Source: Eledone cirrhosa (lineage: Eukaryota). From it: a stretch of 64,000 nt of DNA. The stretch spans positions 111,972,001 through 112,036,000 of the forward strand of contig OZ024743.1 in the NCBI GenBank assembly GCA_964016885.1. The letters run 5' to 3'. Below, piece after piece: positions 15,706-29,100 of this stretch. Under the pieces are notes generated by a model, which did not search any database, had not been told where the DNA came from, and worked only from the letters and a program-made list of their open reading frames with translations. Each line of letters opens with the position of its first letter. Positions within the stretch are counted from its first letter, which is position 1. Both the position numbers and the translations under genes were made by a program.

Positions 15706-15899
15706 TTATCATAGACCTTTTAAAGATCATTATATAATAAATCTTTTAAGCCTCCTGTTATTTTATAATAATTAACTCCGTACTCGCACCACAAACGAAT
15801 ACGGGTGAGTTGCATTGCGTTGAGTGCTCTCCATAACATTACATCGAGGTTGACCATACGGAATGACCAGTTCTATCCAGTGGTGAACCAAGAAACATT

Positions 15900-15950
<51 letters not shown>

Positions 15951-16011
15951 CATTTATTAATATATATATAATATATTAATAAATGGAAACTATATTTATA
16001 AAACCATATTT

Positions 16012-16075
16012 ATTTTAACATACACATTTCAAGGGCAACCAAGGCAAATTATGGTGCGCTTTCATCAGATAAAAT
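16012..16075 (-). ncRNA. Degenerate hammerhead (same family as 44246-44308), in a short element between (TA)n tracts
   Basis: Minus strand: attttat-CTGATGA-aagcgcacca..tggttgccctt-GAAA-tgtgta-TG-ttaaaat. The cleavage nucleotide is G, so it is probably inactive. Confidence 0.65.
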
Positions 16076-16145
16076 GCAGGTTTGTTTCATAAATAAATAT
16101 TGACATACCCGGAAAAAAAGACAACCTTAACGGTTGGATCTTCCT

Positions 16146-16185
<40 letters not shown>

Positions 16186-18316
16186 TACTGTGTCTGTATC
16201 TAAATATGCATGTTTGCATGCATGAATACACTAAGCTTTAGATTTAGTAGAATGTACAACCAATGATTCCAGTTATTTGCACTATCGAATATTTTGGTTT
16301 CTAGTAATTCCCTGGGGAACTGGTTCACAAATGCTTTGCTTAATTGTTTTATTTATTTATGTTTTATTTTTATTTCTCTTAAACATCAGGTATCTTTTGA
16401 AAGCAAAGCATTGGCTCCTAAAATACTACAGTGGGCCTTGCAATGGTACTGTGGGCACTGGAAATGCTACCGTGGGCCTCCTGTGGCCTACTTACCATTG
16501 GGCAACCTGGTAATCTGCCAAGCTGGCCAGTTCACCAATGTATTGAATATAGAAAATAATTTAATTGTTTCTTTTTTTTTACAATAATATATTAGAAGTG
16601 TATCCGTTTATTATAATGAGAAAGTGAAATTAACGGAAAAGTCCACTTAAGTAACGCTTGGAAACACAACATTTATCATTGAATCAAACCTAACTCGAAA
16701 TAGGAACATGGGGTCATTTTATACTTATCTACTAGACAACTGACACATGTACAATTAGAGTGTTATTTTAATGGTTATTTGAACTTTCTTAGCACTGTGA
16801 TTATTTATTATTTTCCAAAAATCTATAATGTTCAGTATAATCTATATTTACTAAATATCTATTAATTCGGACGAAACAATATGACCCTATATCTTAGCCT
16901 ATCGAAAATAAATAAGTTAACCCAAATATACATTCCTCAATAGCAAATATTTTGTTCCATTATATAAGACCCAGTCGTGGACACCCAAAGATTAGACAGA
17001 TGTCAAATCAAATGTTGCTGCATTTTTACTTATTTGTACAAAAATATCTACCACAGTGCATCAATCTATCGAAAATAAATAAGTTACCTGAAATATACAT
17101 ATAACAGACACACAGTTCAGCATATACTACCTACATACTCAAACCCAATAATATAAGATATATCAATCCAAATTTCTACACAGTTCTACTTAACTGCAAG
17201 AAATTGTCTGAGAACATTGAAAGAAACTTCAACATACGTTTTCAGAAACATGAATTTGGTATATTCCGAAATTAAGTTAAGTTTATTCAAGAAAGTTCAG
17301 AAACTCAGAACTGCAAATATAGCATCATATGAATATGTTGAAGGTGCTATAAGTGGAAACCATGCAACCCCCTAGAGATCAGAATACATGAACAATGAAA
17401 GGTTTCAGACATAGTGTAACATGTAAGTTAGGAATGACTGATTATATGTAGGGCGAAAAAGAAAATCAATATAGCTGTAGAATATAGAATCCATAATTAA
17501 CAGAAACAAAGTGTAAAAACTACATCTAAAATATAAACTACCTAAGAAGAACGTTTACATGGAGTTAGATATATTGTGAAGGAACTTTGAGAGTGAATAT
17601 GACATGAAATTAGGATGTGGAAGATATTCTTTATCTTTATCCGTTTTCTGTAAATTTATGATTATAGGAAAATGGTGATATTTCTGGAGGTATCGTTATC
17701 AGAAATACGTTAGCAGATATTTTAGAATAATTTCTTTGAGACGGTAAATGGACGATTTGTATTTTTACTAATCTCCATAGCGTTCCCATTTGATTTCCTA
17801 ATGGGCTTGTGCATATCTATGTCAATGTTGACTGCAATATTTAAAATGTTAGTTGACAATGTTAGAAGCTGTGGATATAAGTATTGGAAGGCACAAAATC
17901 ATAAAGCTACAATTTAATTTTGTTCACAATATATCCTGTGTATGGTCATTTAAAATACATCTGTATATAGTTATGCTTGTTATAGTAGGTATAAGATCGA
18001 ATAAATACAGGAAGTTACATTCACAAAATCAAGTAAAACATATTTTCAGTAAATATTTCTAAGAGACATTTTGGACTAATGGCGAAATTCTGTTTGCGTT
18101 TCTGTTGCGTTAAGAGATATGAACTTCGCGTTAACTAAATATTCTAATTGGTATTTACATTTAATTTTGTTAATACTTTTATCAGTGTAACAGTTGACAG
18201 TTGACCTTTTTCGAAATGTTATTACGTCGAATCTGGGTGTATGTAAATACAAACACACACACGCAGAGAGTCACACACACATATACACAAACATACACAT
18301 AGGAATATATATATAT

Positions 18317-18387
<71 letters not shown>

Positions 18388-18872
18388 ATACTTGGGGAGG
18401 ATCATATGTGTGTAATATTGCCAGAATTAATAACAGAACACACTCACTGTTTGATTGGTTTTCGCTTCTCGCTTCTGTGTCTTTTGTATCGGTAATCTAA
18501 CTTACTCGGTCCTCAATGTTGCCATTGACTGACCGACGGTCAAAAATAATACAGATACAATATAGACATAAACACATATATATAGTTTATCATAAATCTT
18601 TCGTTGCACATCTGCAACATCGTCAGTGGTGTTATATTTTCCTCCTGTTGTGTTGTATGTCTACGCCATTTTTATTCAGTCTGTCTATATATTTATTTAT
18701 TTATTTGCTTGTTTGTTTATTTTATTTTATTTTGTCTTCTTTGCGCATGCGTTTGTGTGTGTGTATAGTGTTGTTTGCTGTGTGATGGGTGACTAATGTG
18801 TGTTTATGTGCTTGTTGTTATTGTGCTTGTGTATGTATTTATTTATTTATTTATTTTATTTTATTTACTTAT

Positions 18873-21800
18873 TTATACTTCTCTTAGGTCAGTGTTGTTT
18901 GTTTGGGTGTTGTTATTCCATTCATTCTTTCTGTTTAGCCTTGGTCTTCTAATTTCTATTTCACTGGCCTCTCTGATTTGCCTATCTGCTGGGTCATTTC
19001 TATGTTTAGATATTATTCTAATTTCTATGTTGTCTATGTTACCGTCATGTTGTTGTCTAGCATGTTCGTATAGTACTGACCCGTTTTTTCGTCCTTTTAG
19101 TTCCCCCCAGTGTTAGTCTATCCTTTCACCCATGCTACGAGCTATCTCACCTATGTATGTTGTTGTCATGTTTCTGCATGTGCCCTCTGTACATCTTATG
19201 CTATAGACTACGTTTCTAGTTTTACAGTTTATCCGGGGGTTCACCTTACATATGATACATTTCCTAATGGTACAGTGGGTTTTCTTAAAAGGCTAGGTTT
19301 TGCTGATCAGGGATTTTATGGTGGTTCCTGGCTTTTCTACCACCTTTATTCTTAAGTGGGTCTTTATCGGCCTTTCTACACTGGTTAGCTAATTTCCCTC
19401 CAGGGGTGGCGTCCACAAACATGACACTCTGGTATCTCTGGCTGTCGTACCATGAGGTGGCTTTCCCTATCTTATGTCTAGCCCTATCTAAGCTATTCCA
19501 TGATTTGCTGCTGTATAATGGGCAAATTCCTTTCATGTCCAGTTCTATGAGGGTCTTATACTTTTCCATGGCTCCCTCGTATACTCTGACTCTGTCTCTT
19601 TGGTTGTAGCCAGAGAACTGCATGCGGTTGATGAAGTGTTGGATGTGTCTTTCCATTTCTGTTGGGTCGCACATGCGGGACACATTCTTCATCACTCGTA
19701 CCAAATCTGCGATCAGAATATTAAACTTAGCACTACTGGACATTGCTGAGTTTTTGAGTATCAGGTATTTGGAGGCCATGGGTTTAGCATAGTGTGAGTG
19801 GAGAATTTGGGCTCTCTGGTCTATAGTGTTAATCCAGAGTTCTGTGTCTAATACAGGTAGTCTATTGTTAGGGTGTTTGGAAGGGAAGTCGATAGTTACA
19901 GTTATACTCTTGTGTATGGAATTAGCTATCTGCTGGATGCTTTCCATCGTGCTACGTTCTAAATCAAACTTGTTAGTGCTCTCTAGTGGGGGTGTTCTTA
20001 TAACTATATTGATATCGTGTACATAACGGGAGTACATGATGAGGTCGATGGAGCTTTCATTAAGGAGATCTTTAAGTCTCCTTTCCCACCGTACCATGAA
20101 AAGGTTGGCAACATCACCAGCTATGCTGACGCCGATGGCTGCTCCCTCATTTTGGGTGTAGATTTTCTCGTTGAACTTAAATATATGGCCCTTTATGGTA
20201 GTTTTGATACTAGCCCCTATTGCATGTGCGACCATTTTTCTTACCTGATCATTGTTTTGTGGGGTCCGTATAGCTTTGGTCCACCCAATCCACCTTCCCA
20301 TGGGAGTCTTTATTTGCCATTGAGGTTACGGTGGGGGTTCTACCTCTTATAGGTATACTAGGGAAGAAACATCTAAGGTCATGGCTGTCTAGGTAGTCAG
20401 TGTCGTAGGTAAGTCTAAGTAGGAGGCCCAGTTCGTCTGTGTCGACGTCGCAGAACTCCACCTCACTCTCAATGATCATCTCTACACATCTTTTCACAGC
20501 AAAATCAATGTTAATGGATGGGTACAGTGACACCACATCCATGCTGCCTATTATGCAGTTGGATAGGCTCCTGTTTTTGTTGCACTCACTGATTCTGCTG
20601 AGGAGGTCCTCTGTACTGTCACATACATCTGAGGACATTTCGATTATGGGGCGTATAACCATTGAGAGGAAGTAGGAGATCCTGTAGTTGCTAGCTATAT
20701 TAGCTCCGCATACTGGTCTTGTTGGTTGTCCTGTTGTCGGGTCGTCGACTGTCTTGTGGTCTTTGCGGAGCCCATACAAGGGTGGTATGCCATTGTTAGA
20801 CGCCTGGAAGTTGTTGGCAGTGCGTCTGCTTGGCTTTAGGATGTCAGTCCACATCATCATGTGAGCGTTGAGGATGTTTTCTCTCCCATCGTGTGTATTT
20901 TGTGCAATTTCCCTCGTGTTGGTGATGTGGGGTTGCATAACCTCGATGTAGTTCGGCATGCTATCTATTGACATCCTACCAGACTTATCCGTGGGTAGAC
21001 ACACTACCTCACCATCCCTTGTACGCTGCTTGAGGCTAACCAAGCCTTCTACAGGTTTCCTCCCAAGTTGTTGGGCCTCTGGTCTGCTCTGTCTCTTAGT
21101 ATACCTGTCTACTATTTGTCTAATCCTATTTCTAGCTATGGTGAACTGTGCCTCTGTCTCGTCATCTATTTGTTGTGGTATGCAAACTCTTTTATTAAAG
21201 GGTAACCTCGTAGGATAGATAATACCCATCTTATATGTTTTGTCAGCTGGGTTGAAAAATAGTTTCTCTAAGGGGTTGTTATTATATCTATCGTCATAGT
21301 TGTGTGTGTTGCTATTATTGTTATCTGGGTGGTTGTTGTTATTTCTATTAGCATTATTATTATTGTTATGATTGCTAGGTGTATTGTTGTTTACTTCACC
21401 GTTATTGTTGTTGTTGTTACTGTTATTTCTACCATTGTGGTTGTTACTTTTATTATGTTTCTTGTTTTTGTTGTGTCTATCATTGATGTTGCTACATGTA
21501 CTATTTCCATTATTACCACTGTGGTTATTGTTGTTGTTGTTCGTATTGTTACCGTTATTACTATTACTGTGGTCGCTGCTGCTGTGTCTGTGGTTAATGT
21601 TTCTATTATTATTATTATTGTGGTTGTTGTTGTTCTGTCTATCGCTAGTATTATTACCATTATCACCATTTCTCACTTTCCTGCTATTGTTATAGTTATG
21701 GCTGTTATTTCTATACTCAGAGTTATTGTTTATATTACTACTACCGTTATTATTGTTGTTGTTGTTTACCTTTGCATTCCAACGTATTTTTGTGAAACAC

Positions 21801-21900
21801 TTTTCCAGCTCCGTTTTGCACTCCATAGGGTTAATCTTTTTGTAGATGGCAAATGTTGGTGGTAGCCGCAGGATTCGTTGTTCTTGTTCACTGATTGAAG
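18873..21900 (-). mobile_element. Penelope-like element (RT + Cys-rich linker + GIY-YIG), frameshifted; a second PLE type, Neptune/Nematis-like
   Basis: ORF 20249-21826 has TDKSGR, LYGLRKDHK, RPVCGA and SMDVVSLYPSI. ORF 19285-20301 has QNEGAAIG, RYVHD, LPVLD and YAKPM. Manual translation of 19295-18873 gives HCTIRKCIICK..CKTRNVVYSIRC..YIGEIARS..LNRKNEW with one internal stop. Confidence 0.93.
21290..21770. repeat. Degenerate (AAC/AAT)n tract encoding an Asn-rich segment inside the PLE ORF
   Basis: In-frame N-rich ~160 aa within ORF 20249-21826. Confidence 0.85.
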
Positions 21901-22017
21901 TGTTCCTATAGATATTTACTGTGTGGTCATTGATAAATTCTTATATATATATATACATACGATTGTATGTATGCATATGCATCATTATACATATAAATAG
22001 ATATATGTGTATATATG

Positions 22018-22111
<94 letters not shown>

Positions 22112-22644
22112 CATATATACACCAATTTATATATCCCATTGCAGAAACTAATTAGTTGGAGTGAAAATTTAAGTAAGTAAGTAAAGAATTTTTTTTAAAA
22201 ATTTTTTGAAAAAGATTTTCTTATTTTACGTCTTTTATATTATTGTTCTGCATCCTCCTGCATTGAACCACCTAGGTACTATGACATAACCTGTGTATTT
22301 GCTGGCATAGGCGTGCATCTGTGCGCTTATGTTAGTTGATATATTAAATTATCTATATTTATCTCCAAATCACTGATTTGTCGAGCAAACCTGCCAAAAC
22401 CACTTCTAAAAAATTTTTTTTTGGGGGGGTGTTAGTAGGCGTCAGTCATCTTACCATCCCATTCCTTCTGACTAGCCTCTGTGTCACGTGATTGATTCTT
22501 TAGAATCGGCCATTTGACTAGAAGCAGTGAGGATTTCAGTACATAGAATTCAGTCCTCGCCAGCTGTTCTATCTACCGAGTTATTATTATTTTTATATGA
22601 GCCGCCAGTGTCCGCGCATTGCCTGGAGACTTAGCTGAGATTAG

Positions 22645-22726
22645 ACTCCCTGATGACGCAATGAATTCTCGACAGTTAGATTACGTAACTGTCTTTATCC
22701 CATTGCAGAAACTAATTAGTTGGAGT
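22645..22726 (+). ncRNA. Type I hammerhead with extended helix II
   Basis: actcc-CTGATGA-c gcaatg..gacagtta gattacg taactgtc..cattgc a-GAAA-ctaattag-TT-ggagt (GUU site). Confidence 0.85.
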
Positions 22727-23208
22727 GAAAATTTAAGTAAGTAAGTAAAAAATTTTTTTTAAAAATTTTTTGAAAAAGATTTTCTTATTTTACGTCTTTT
22801 ATATTATTGTTCTGCATCCTCCTGCATTGAACCACCTAGGTACTATGACATAACCTGTGTATTTGCTGGCATAGGCGTGCATCTGTGCGCTTATGTTAGT
22901 TGATATATTAAATTATCTATATTTATCTCCAAATCACTGATTTGTCGAGCAAACCTGCCAAAACCACTTCTAAAAAAATTTTTTTTTTTGGGGTGTTAGT
23001 AGGCGTCAGTCATCTTACCATCCCATTCCTTCTGACTAGCCTCTGTGTCACGTGATTGATTCTTTAGAATCGGCCATTTGACTAGAAGCAGTGAGGATTT
23101 CAGTACATAGAATTCAGTCCTCGCCAGCTGTTCTATCTACCGAGTTATTATTATTTTTATATGAGCCGCCAGTGTCCGCGCATTGCCTGGAGACTTAGCT
23201 GAGAATAG

Positions 23209-23290
23209 ACTCCCTGATGACGCAATGAATTCTCGACAGTTAGATTACGTAACTGTCTTTATCCCATTGCAGAAACTAATTAGTTGGAGT
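23209..23290 (+). ncRNA. Type I hammerhead with extended helix II (second unit)
   Basis: Same sequence as 22645-22726, 564 bp downstream. Confidence 0.85.
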
Positions 23291-23358
23291 GAAAATTTAA
23301 GTAAGTAAGTAAAAAATTAAAAAAAAAAATTTTTTGAAAAAGACTTTCTTATTTTACG

Positions 23359-23437
<79 letters not shown>

Positions 23438-23854
23438 GTGTATGTGTGTGTATAAGAATAGGTGTATGTTATATAGCTGACCCAGGTGCAGAACAGATGA
23501 TTGAAATGGAAGAGATACGAGAGCTAATATTAAAAACTGCTAGCTCTCCATGCATTAAAAATCCCAATATGATAATTCATGTGATCACTCAATTCTGTTT
23601 ATCGAACAATTAATTCTACATCCCAATCACTCACTCAAACTTTCATCATATTCACACAAACAAAGACACGGTGGCACATGCACATACATGCACATACACA
23701 CACACGCATATATGTTTATATATATATATGTATAAGTATATATATATGTATAAGTATGAAATTTCGTTTCATTTTTTCCGTTTATATATATATATATGTT
23801 TATATATATATAAGTATGGCGCAGTATTGACACTGGCTGGGAGAAGAATAATAT

Positions 23855-23972
23855 AATTGTTTCTACTTTAGGCACAAGACCAGCAATTACTCAGTGTATT
23901 ACTGGTACTTTATTTTATCGACCCTGTAAGGATGAAAGGCAAAGTCAACCTCGACGGGATTTGAACTCAGAT
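23855..23972 (-). mobile_element. tRNA-derived SINE fragment
   Basis: Reverse complement of the same SINE domain, with a B-box (gagttcaaatcc). Confidence 0.8.
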
Positions 23973-24000
23973 AATATAATATCCTTTCAATATATATAAC

Positions 24001-24059
<59 letters not shown>

Positions 24060-24077
24060 AGATGGATGGGGGAGAAG

Positions 24078-24150
<73 letters not shown>

Positions 24151-24429
24151 AAGTGTGAGATCAAAGGTCTCGACATGTCACACATTGTGTGTGAATCTAG
24201 CCGAGAGTTAAAATAATGTTTCAAGTGTCTCTGGAATGCTCGGCCACACACACACGCACATCTATTTAATAAGCAGGCTGCTCTATTGATTAATCAATTG
24301 GAACATTCATCGTCGAACTCGACGACATTCCATTCCATATATACACATATATGAATGTGTGTACATTAATTTTCCGTACACATATATTACGTGAGTGGAT
24401 AAATCTGACAATAAAGTGGGCATATATAT

Positions 24430-24623
24430 ATAGGTACGTTATTCCGGGTTGAATCGGAGGTAACCATAGTAAGGAAGGTACTCAATACATAGCAGAGTAT
24501 AAAAGTTTTAATATATATGTATATATCTACAGGACTAGAACTGTTTCATTCTTTAGAAATCATCAGGAATCTGAGCCAGATTCCTGATGATTTCTAAAGA
24601 ATGAAACAGATCTAATCCTGTAG

Positions 24624-24625
<2 letters not shown>
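24430..24625. mobile_element. Short hammerhead element with terminal fold-back (HHR on both strands)
   Basis: Plus 24578-24625: agattc-CTGATGA-tttc taaa gaat-GAAA-cag..ctg-TA-ga. Minus mirror at 24526-24572. Sister copy at 25710-25897. Confidence 0.85.
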
Positions 24626-24656
<31 letters not shown>

Positions 24657-24728
24657 GGTAGTAGATGTGCAAATGAATTGCGTTCACGGGCAGTATGCCA
24701 AGATGACGTGAGTTTACATGTGAAAACA

Positions 24729-24818
24729 CATATATGAGGAGCTCCCGATACCAGAGTCAGGATCGAAAAATATTCGATCGTTCCTTGAGCTAATCGGCAG
24801 TGAAACATATGTAATATA
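24729..24818 (+). ncRNA. Hammerhead with ~60-nt helix II domain (C3 mutated to A)
   Basis: catat-ATGAGGA-gctcccgat accagagtcagg..ccttgagcta atcggcagt-GAAA-catatg-TA-atat; homologous to 46191-46281(-). Confidence 0.7.
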
Positions 24819-24914
24819 TAATTAAATATGTATATGATGCAATACCGATTCTTTGTTCCCATTTTATTATTATTATTGGTCGTGCGCCATGCGTCCCTTT
24901 ACGGTCTGATTTCA

Positions 24915-25022
24915 TTCCCACCGAGGTTAACTTTGCCTTTCATCCTTACGGGGTGGATAAAATAAAGTACCAGTAATGCACTGATTAATTGCTGGCCTTG
25001 TGCCTAAAGTAGAAACAATTAT
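24915..25022 (+). mobile_element. tRNA-derived SINE fragment
   Basis: ccgaggttaactttgcctttcatccttacggggtggataaaataaagtaccag domain, repeated many times in the window. Confidence 0.8.
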
Positions 25023-25674
25023 GACATATATACATGTGTATGTATGTATGCACATATATGTGTGTACCTCTCATTATTGTCTCAAACTCATTCGCGGTCG
25101 AGTAACCATGGAAGTATAGAAACTGCTATTAAGCAAACATTATAAACACTTTCAGTCAACCTTACAACCCCTCTATAACCTCGGTATCATGTATAAATAT
25201 CTCCCTCCGCCTTCTGAGATATTTATCACTGCTGCAAGGGATTTAGTCCCCTTTCTTGACCGGTGTATCATGTGATAATATTTCCCTCCGCCTTTTGAGA
25301 ATATCTCGCTTGCTCCGGACGTGTCTGGAAGCGCTCTTTCCCCGAAGTGTTCCCTTAAAAAGCTGGCTTACCTCACAACAATGTTGCATCTCTATGATAT
25401 AAGATTGTTTCATACTGAGCAGCGAAACTCTACAGACGGGACATTGAAGAAAAAATAGGTATATATCTGTGTCTATTATTTCTTCTTGCTTTATGATATA
25501 TTACATAGCTCTGATATCGTGTCAATTTAATTATTTCGATTATCTTGTCTCTCATATCATAGAGCAAAACTGGTTAAGGCCGACAACACACAATCTCACA
25601 TACTTGTGTAAAAATATATGTGTATATATACATGTGTATGTATGTATGCACATATATGTGCGTACCTCTCATTT

Positions 25675-25709
<35 letters not shown>

Positions 25710-25712
<3 letters not shown>

Positions 25713-25896
25713 TACGTTATTCCAGGTTGAATCGGAGGTAACCATAGTAAGGTACTCAATACATAGCAGAGTATAAAAGTTTTAATATAGAAGAGATTCT
25801 ACAGCACTAGAACTGTTTCATTCTTTAGAAATCATCAAGAATCTCAGGGATTCATGATGATTTCTAGTCCTGTAGAATCTCTTCTATATTAAAACT

Positions 25897-25897
<1 letters not shown>
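25710..25897 (-). mobile_element. Short hammerhead element with partial fold-back; HHR at 25793-25845(-)
   Basis: Minus strand: gagattc-TTGATGA-tttc taaa gaat-GAAA-cag ttctagtg ctg-TA-gaatctc (7-bp helix I). Confidence 0.82.
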
Positions 25898-25946
<49 letters not shown>

Positions 25947-28382
25947 AATACTTACATTTCATATATACAAACATACATACTTACACCAATTCATATATTT
26001 TGTCATACCACTCATGGACTCTTAACTCCTAATGGTGTCGTATGTATATATGGCTTATCAAATGCATGTTTTCTTTTATTTATTTTAAACCCGCTCGGGG
26101 TCATACCACTCCACCTCTGGACACAACCTATTTATGCCAGACAGTGAAAAACGATAAAGAGAGATCTGCCCCAATATTTGGCTCATAAATTATTTATCTA
26201 ACGCGAAAGAATGAAAGACAAATTCACCTCGTCGTGATTTGAACCAAGAGCGTAGAGAGCCAGAAAGAGCAAAGCATTCTCTCTTACGTTCTAAAGATTT
26301 ACTCTTCGCTGCCTATACACAAATAAATACTACCGATATATTTATGCGTTAATGAATGTTTATATATATATTTGTATGTGTCTGTGTGTGTGTGTTGAGA
26401 ATGTGATTTTGTGTATTTGTGCGTGCGTATATGTGTGTATTCCTATGCTTGTACGTGTATGTATATATCTATATAAGTGTATATGATGTATATATATGTA
26501 CATATGTATGCATGCATCTATAAACATTGTGTTTGCAATAGTGTAATGTCTGATCTGTTCTACAATTTGTTATGAATGATCAGTTGTCCTTATTAAGTTT
26601 CCTTCTCTAGATTTATTGAGGCAGCTGAAAATTTACCATGCTCGCTGGCATGTTTTATTGGTACAGGGTTAGATTACTTTATACACTGAATAAACTCTCT
26701 GTTGCAATCAGCTTGTTAGGAATCGATGATTTGTTTAAGCTAAGTTGATTTTAAAGCCCAAATAGTAAATATTAGTTTAAACAGACGCTACATTTGTGCA
26801 AGCGGTTTTAGTTTCGGTTGGTTAATTAGCTCAATAATTAACATATGAATAATTTAGTTACTGCTCAGTAGTGCTGATCACACCGTTTTCTCTTCCGAGA
26901 AAGCAAACACTGAGAAGAGATGTTGAAGTTGTTCTTCTATTTGAAAAGAATGATGTGTTTGAAAATTAGCGAACGTTTGTGAGTGAAATGGTGAGAGAGA
27001 AAGTATTAGATTCGTATCACAAGCAACTGTGGTGATTAAATTAAAAGTCAGCTTCGTGATAGATTGTGTAGAAATAAAAGGCGCTAGATTTAACATTGAA
27101 TAGACGTGGTTCATGTTTATATCATAGCTAATGTTTCGCCGAAGACATAGCCTGAGAAAGTCAGGACAGTCTACGAGTTAATTAAAGTTTTGGACACAAA
27201 CTGTCTTACTTCTTGCCAACACTATTTTGCCTAAGTTATTTCTATCTGTTAAGTACTTGCACATAATCGTAGGAGAATGTTAGCTTCGATATATTGGCGT
27301 TTTATCCAAGGAATATAAATTCTTAATCCAATTGGTTCTGTGAAACTGGAGCTAGTTACTGGCGTGGGAAGCGGTAGAAATAAATGTTGTTGATATACTC
27401 AAAAACAATGATTTATATTACATTTCTAGTTTGGTCATGGATATATGTAAAGATTAAATAAGGACAGGTGATTCACGTAGACGTGGCCCCCGACAGTCCA
27501 TTGAAATGAGTGTTCTGTATAAACAAGGTCCTAATCACAACCGAAGAGCCTACGACGGATCAGGAACCGTACGCGATTTAGTGGTATTGTTATACAGAAT
27601 TTCTAATTTTGACGCGTGCGATTGTATGAAAGTACGCTAGTCTTTTTCACAAGCGCAATAGGAAACGGGTAGAAAATAGAGGGTCCAAGTTGTAGAGGAG
27701 TCACCGGCGACGGCGGCATCGGATGCCAAACATGAATATGATTGATGTTACTGCCTGTCGCAACTCCCATAAACTCCAGCAGAGCAGCAAAAATAATCGA
27801 CTCCCCCATTGATGATTCGTCCTCTACCATAGAAGCAGAAAGACGCCAAGAAGAGACAGAAAGATCTCTTAGTCTTGCTGAAATGAGGAGAAGGAAACTA
27901 GAGAAACATGAACAAATTACAGAAAGAGAAAACAAAAAGAAGTGAGCACAGTGAAAAGACAAAAGGGAATCTATAGCATTTTTAAAAGAGACGGGCTGAA
28001 TGCATTGGAATAAACCTCACGACACACCTGAGCTGATTGAGTAGGTAGGATATCTAATCTAATCTAATCTGGCCGAGTTTACACTCGCAAATAAGAAGTA
28101 CCAGGGCCGCTCTATGAGCATTGGCTTTGGTGTACTTCATATTTGTTTCCACGTATGTGTTGTCTCGGCACAGTTGTATGTCTGTGTCTGCACTTTATGT
28201 ATTTTGTGTACCAAGATATTTTACTCATCATAATCTATAGAATTGCGTTTTTGCTTCCATCTTGTTTACTAAACATACATATGCATGCATGCACACGAAC
28301 ACACATACACATGCATGTATACACACATATGTATATATGTATATATATATAAATGGTGAGAGAGAGGAAGGAAGAAAGAGAT

Positions 28383-28451
<69 letters not shown>

Positions 28452-28519
28452 TGCATCACCACATATGTTGTAAAAACCCTTTTTATGAACAGTTCTGTAT
28501 TGAATATTGTAGTCAATAA

Positions 28520-28557
28520 TGTAATTATTATTGTTGTTGCTTTCATTATTATTATTA

Positions 28558-28624
<67 letters not shown>

Positions 28625-28670
28625 CCTCATCATTATCATTACTGTTGCTGTTGGTGGTGGTGGTGGTGTT
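28520..28670. repeat. (ATT)n microsatellite
   Basis: Read directly. Confidence 0.95.
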
Positions 28671-28869
28671 ATCATTAACGCGGAAATAGTTAATATACTG
28701 GCATGGAGAATTATCTGAAAACAGCGATGTTGATAAGAACGGTAAATTTGTTATCAACGAAATGCCAGAGTAAGAAATTGGGATGGATTAAATAATATAT
28801 AATTCATTCGTCCATAGCAACTCCCCGTCCCGATCCAGCTCATAAGCATCATTACCATCCCATCTTTCC

Positions 28870-29044
28870 CATCCTACCACCATCAACATCACCAGCATCA
28901 TCATCACCACTATCAAAACCATCACCATCACCATCACCAATACCGCCATCATGATCAAAATTACCATCACAAACAGCATCAAGTATCAGCGCCTTCATCA
29001 AAATCAGCATCATCGTCATATTCATCGTCCCCATCATCGTCATC

Positions 29045-29100
<56 letters not shown>

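Larger units (their letters stand above)
13790..15772. mobile_element. ~2-kb non-coding inverted-repeat element (~890-bp arms) with outward-facing hammerheads
   Basis: 13840-14680 matches the reverse complement of 14880-15702. The spacer 14682-14878 repeats internal 14400-14570. Confidence 0.92.
22133..23365 (+). mobile_element. Tandem array of ~2.2 x 564-bp units, each with a hammerhead (retrozyme-like), embedded in (TA)n
   Basis: atcccattgcagaaactaattag starts at 22133, 22697 and 23261; the units are almost identical. Confidence 0.92.

Noticed and set aside
16880-17830. Very old PLE-like coding relics (also 32980-33340)
   Set aside because: Only vague motif echoes (e.g. RIPHITTFYNP); too decayed to call.
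18440-18525. Possible HHR at the 3' end of the 18.9-21.9 kb PLE (TTGAGGA...GAAA on minus)
   Set aside because: Could not form helices II and III convincingly.
22133-23365. CRISPR or satellite interpretation of the repeats
   Set aside because: Eukaryotic context, no repeat-spacer structure, and the units are long and carry ribozymes.
27742-27945. Charged coiled-coil-like 67-aa ORF
   Set aside because: No recognisable domain; could be a transposon relic or an exon, but unsupported.
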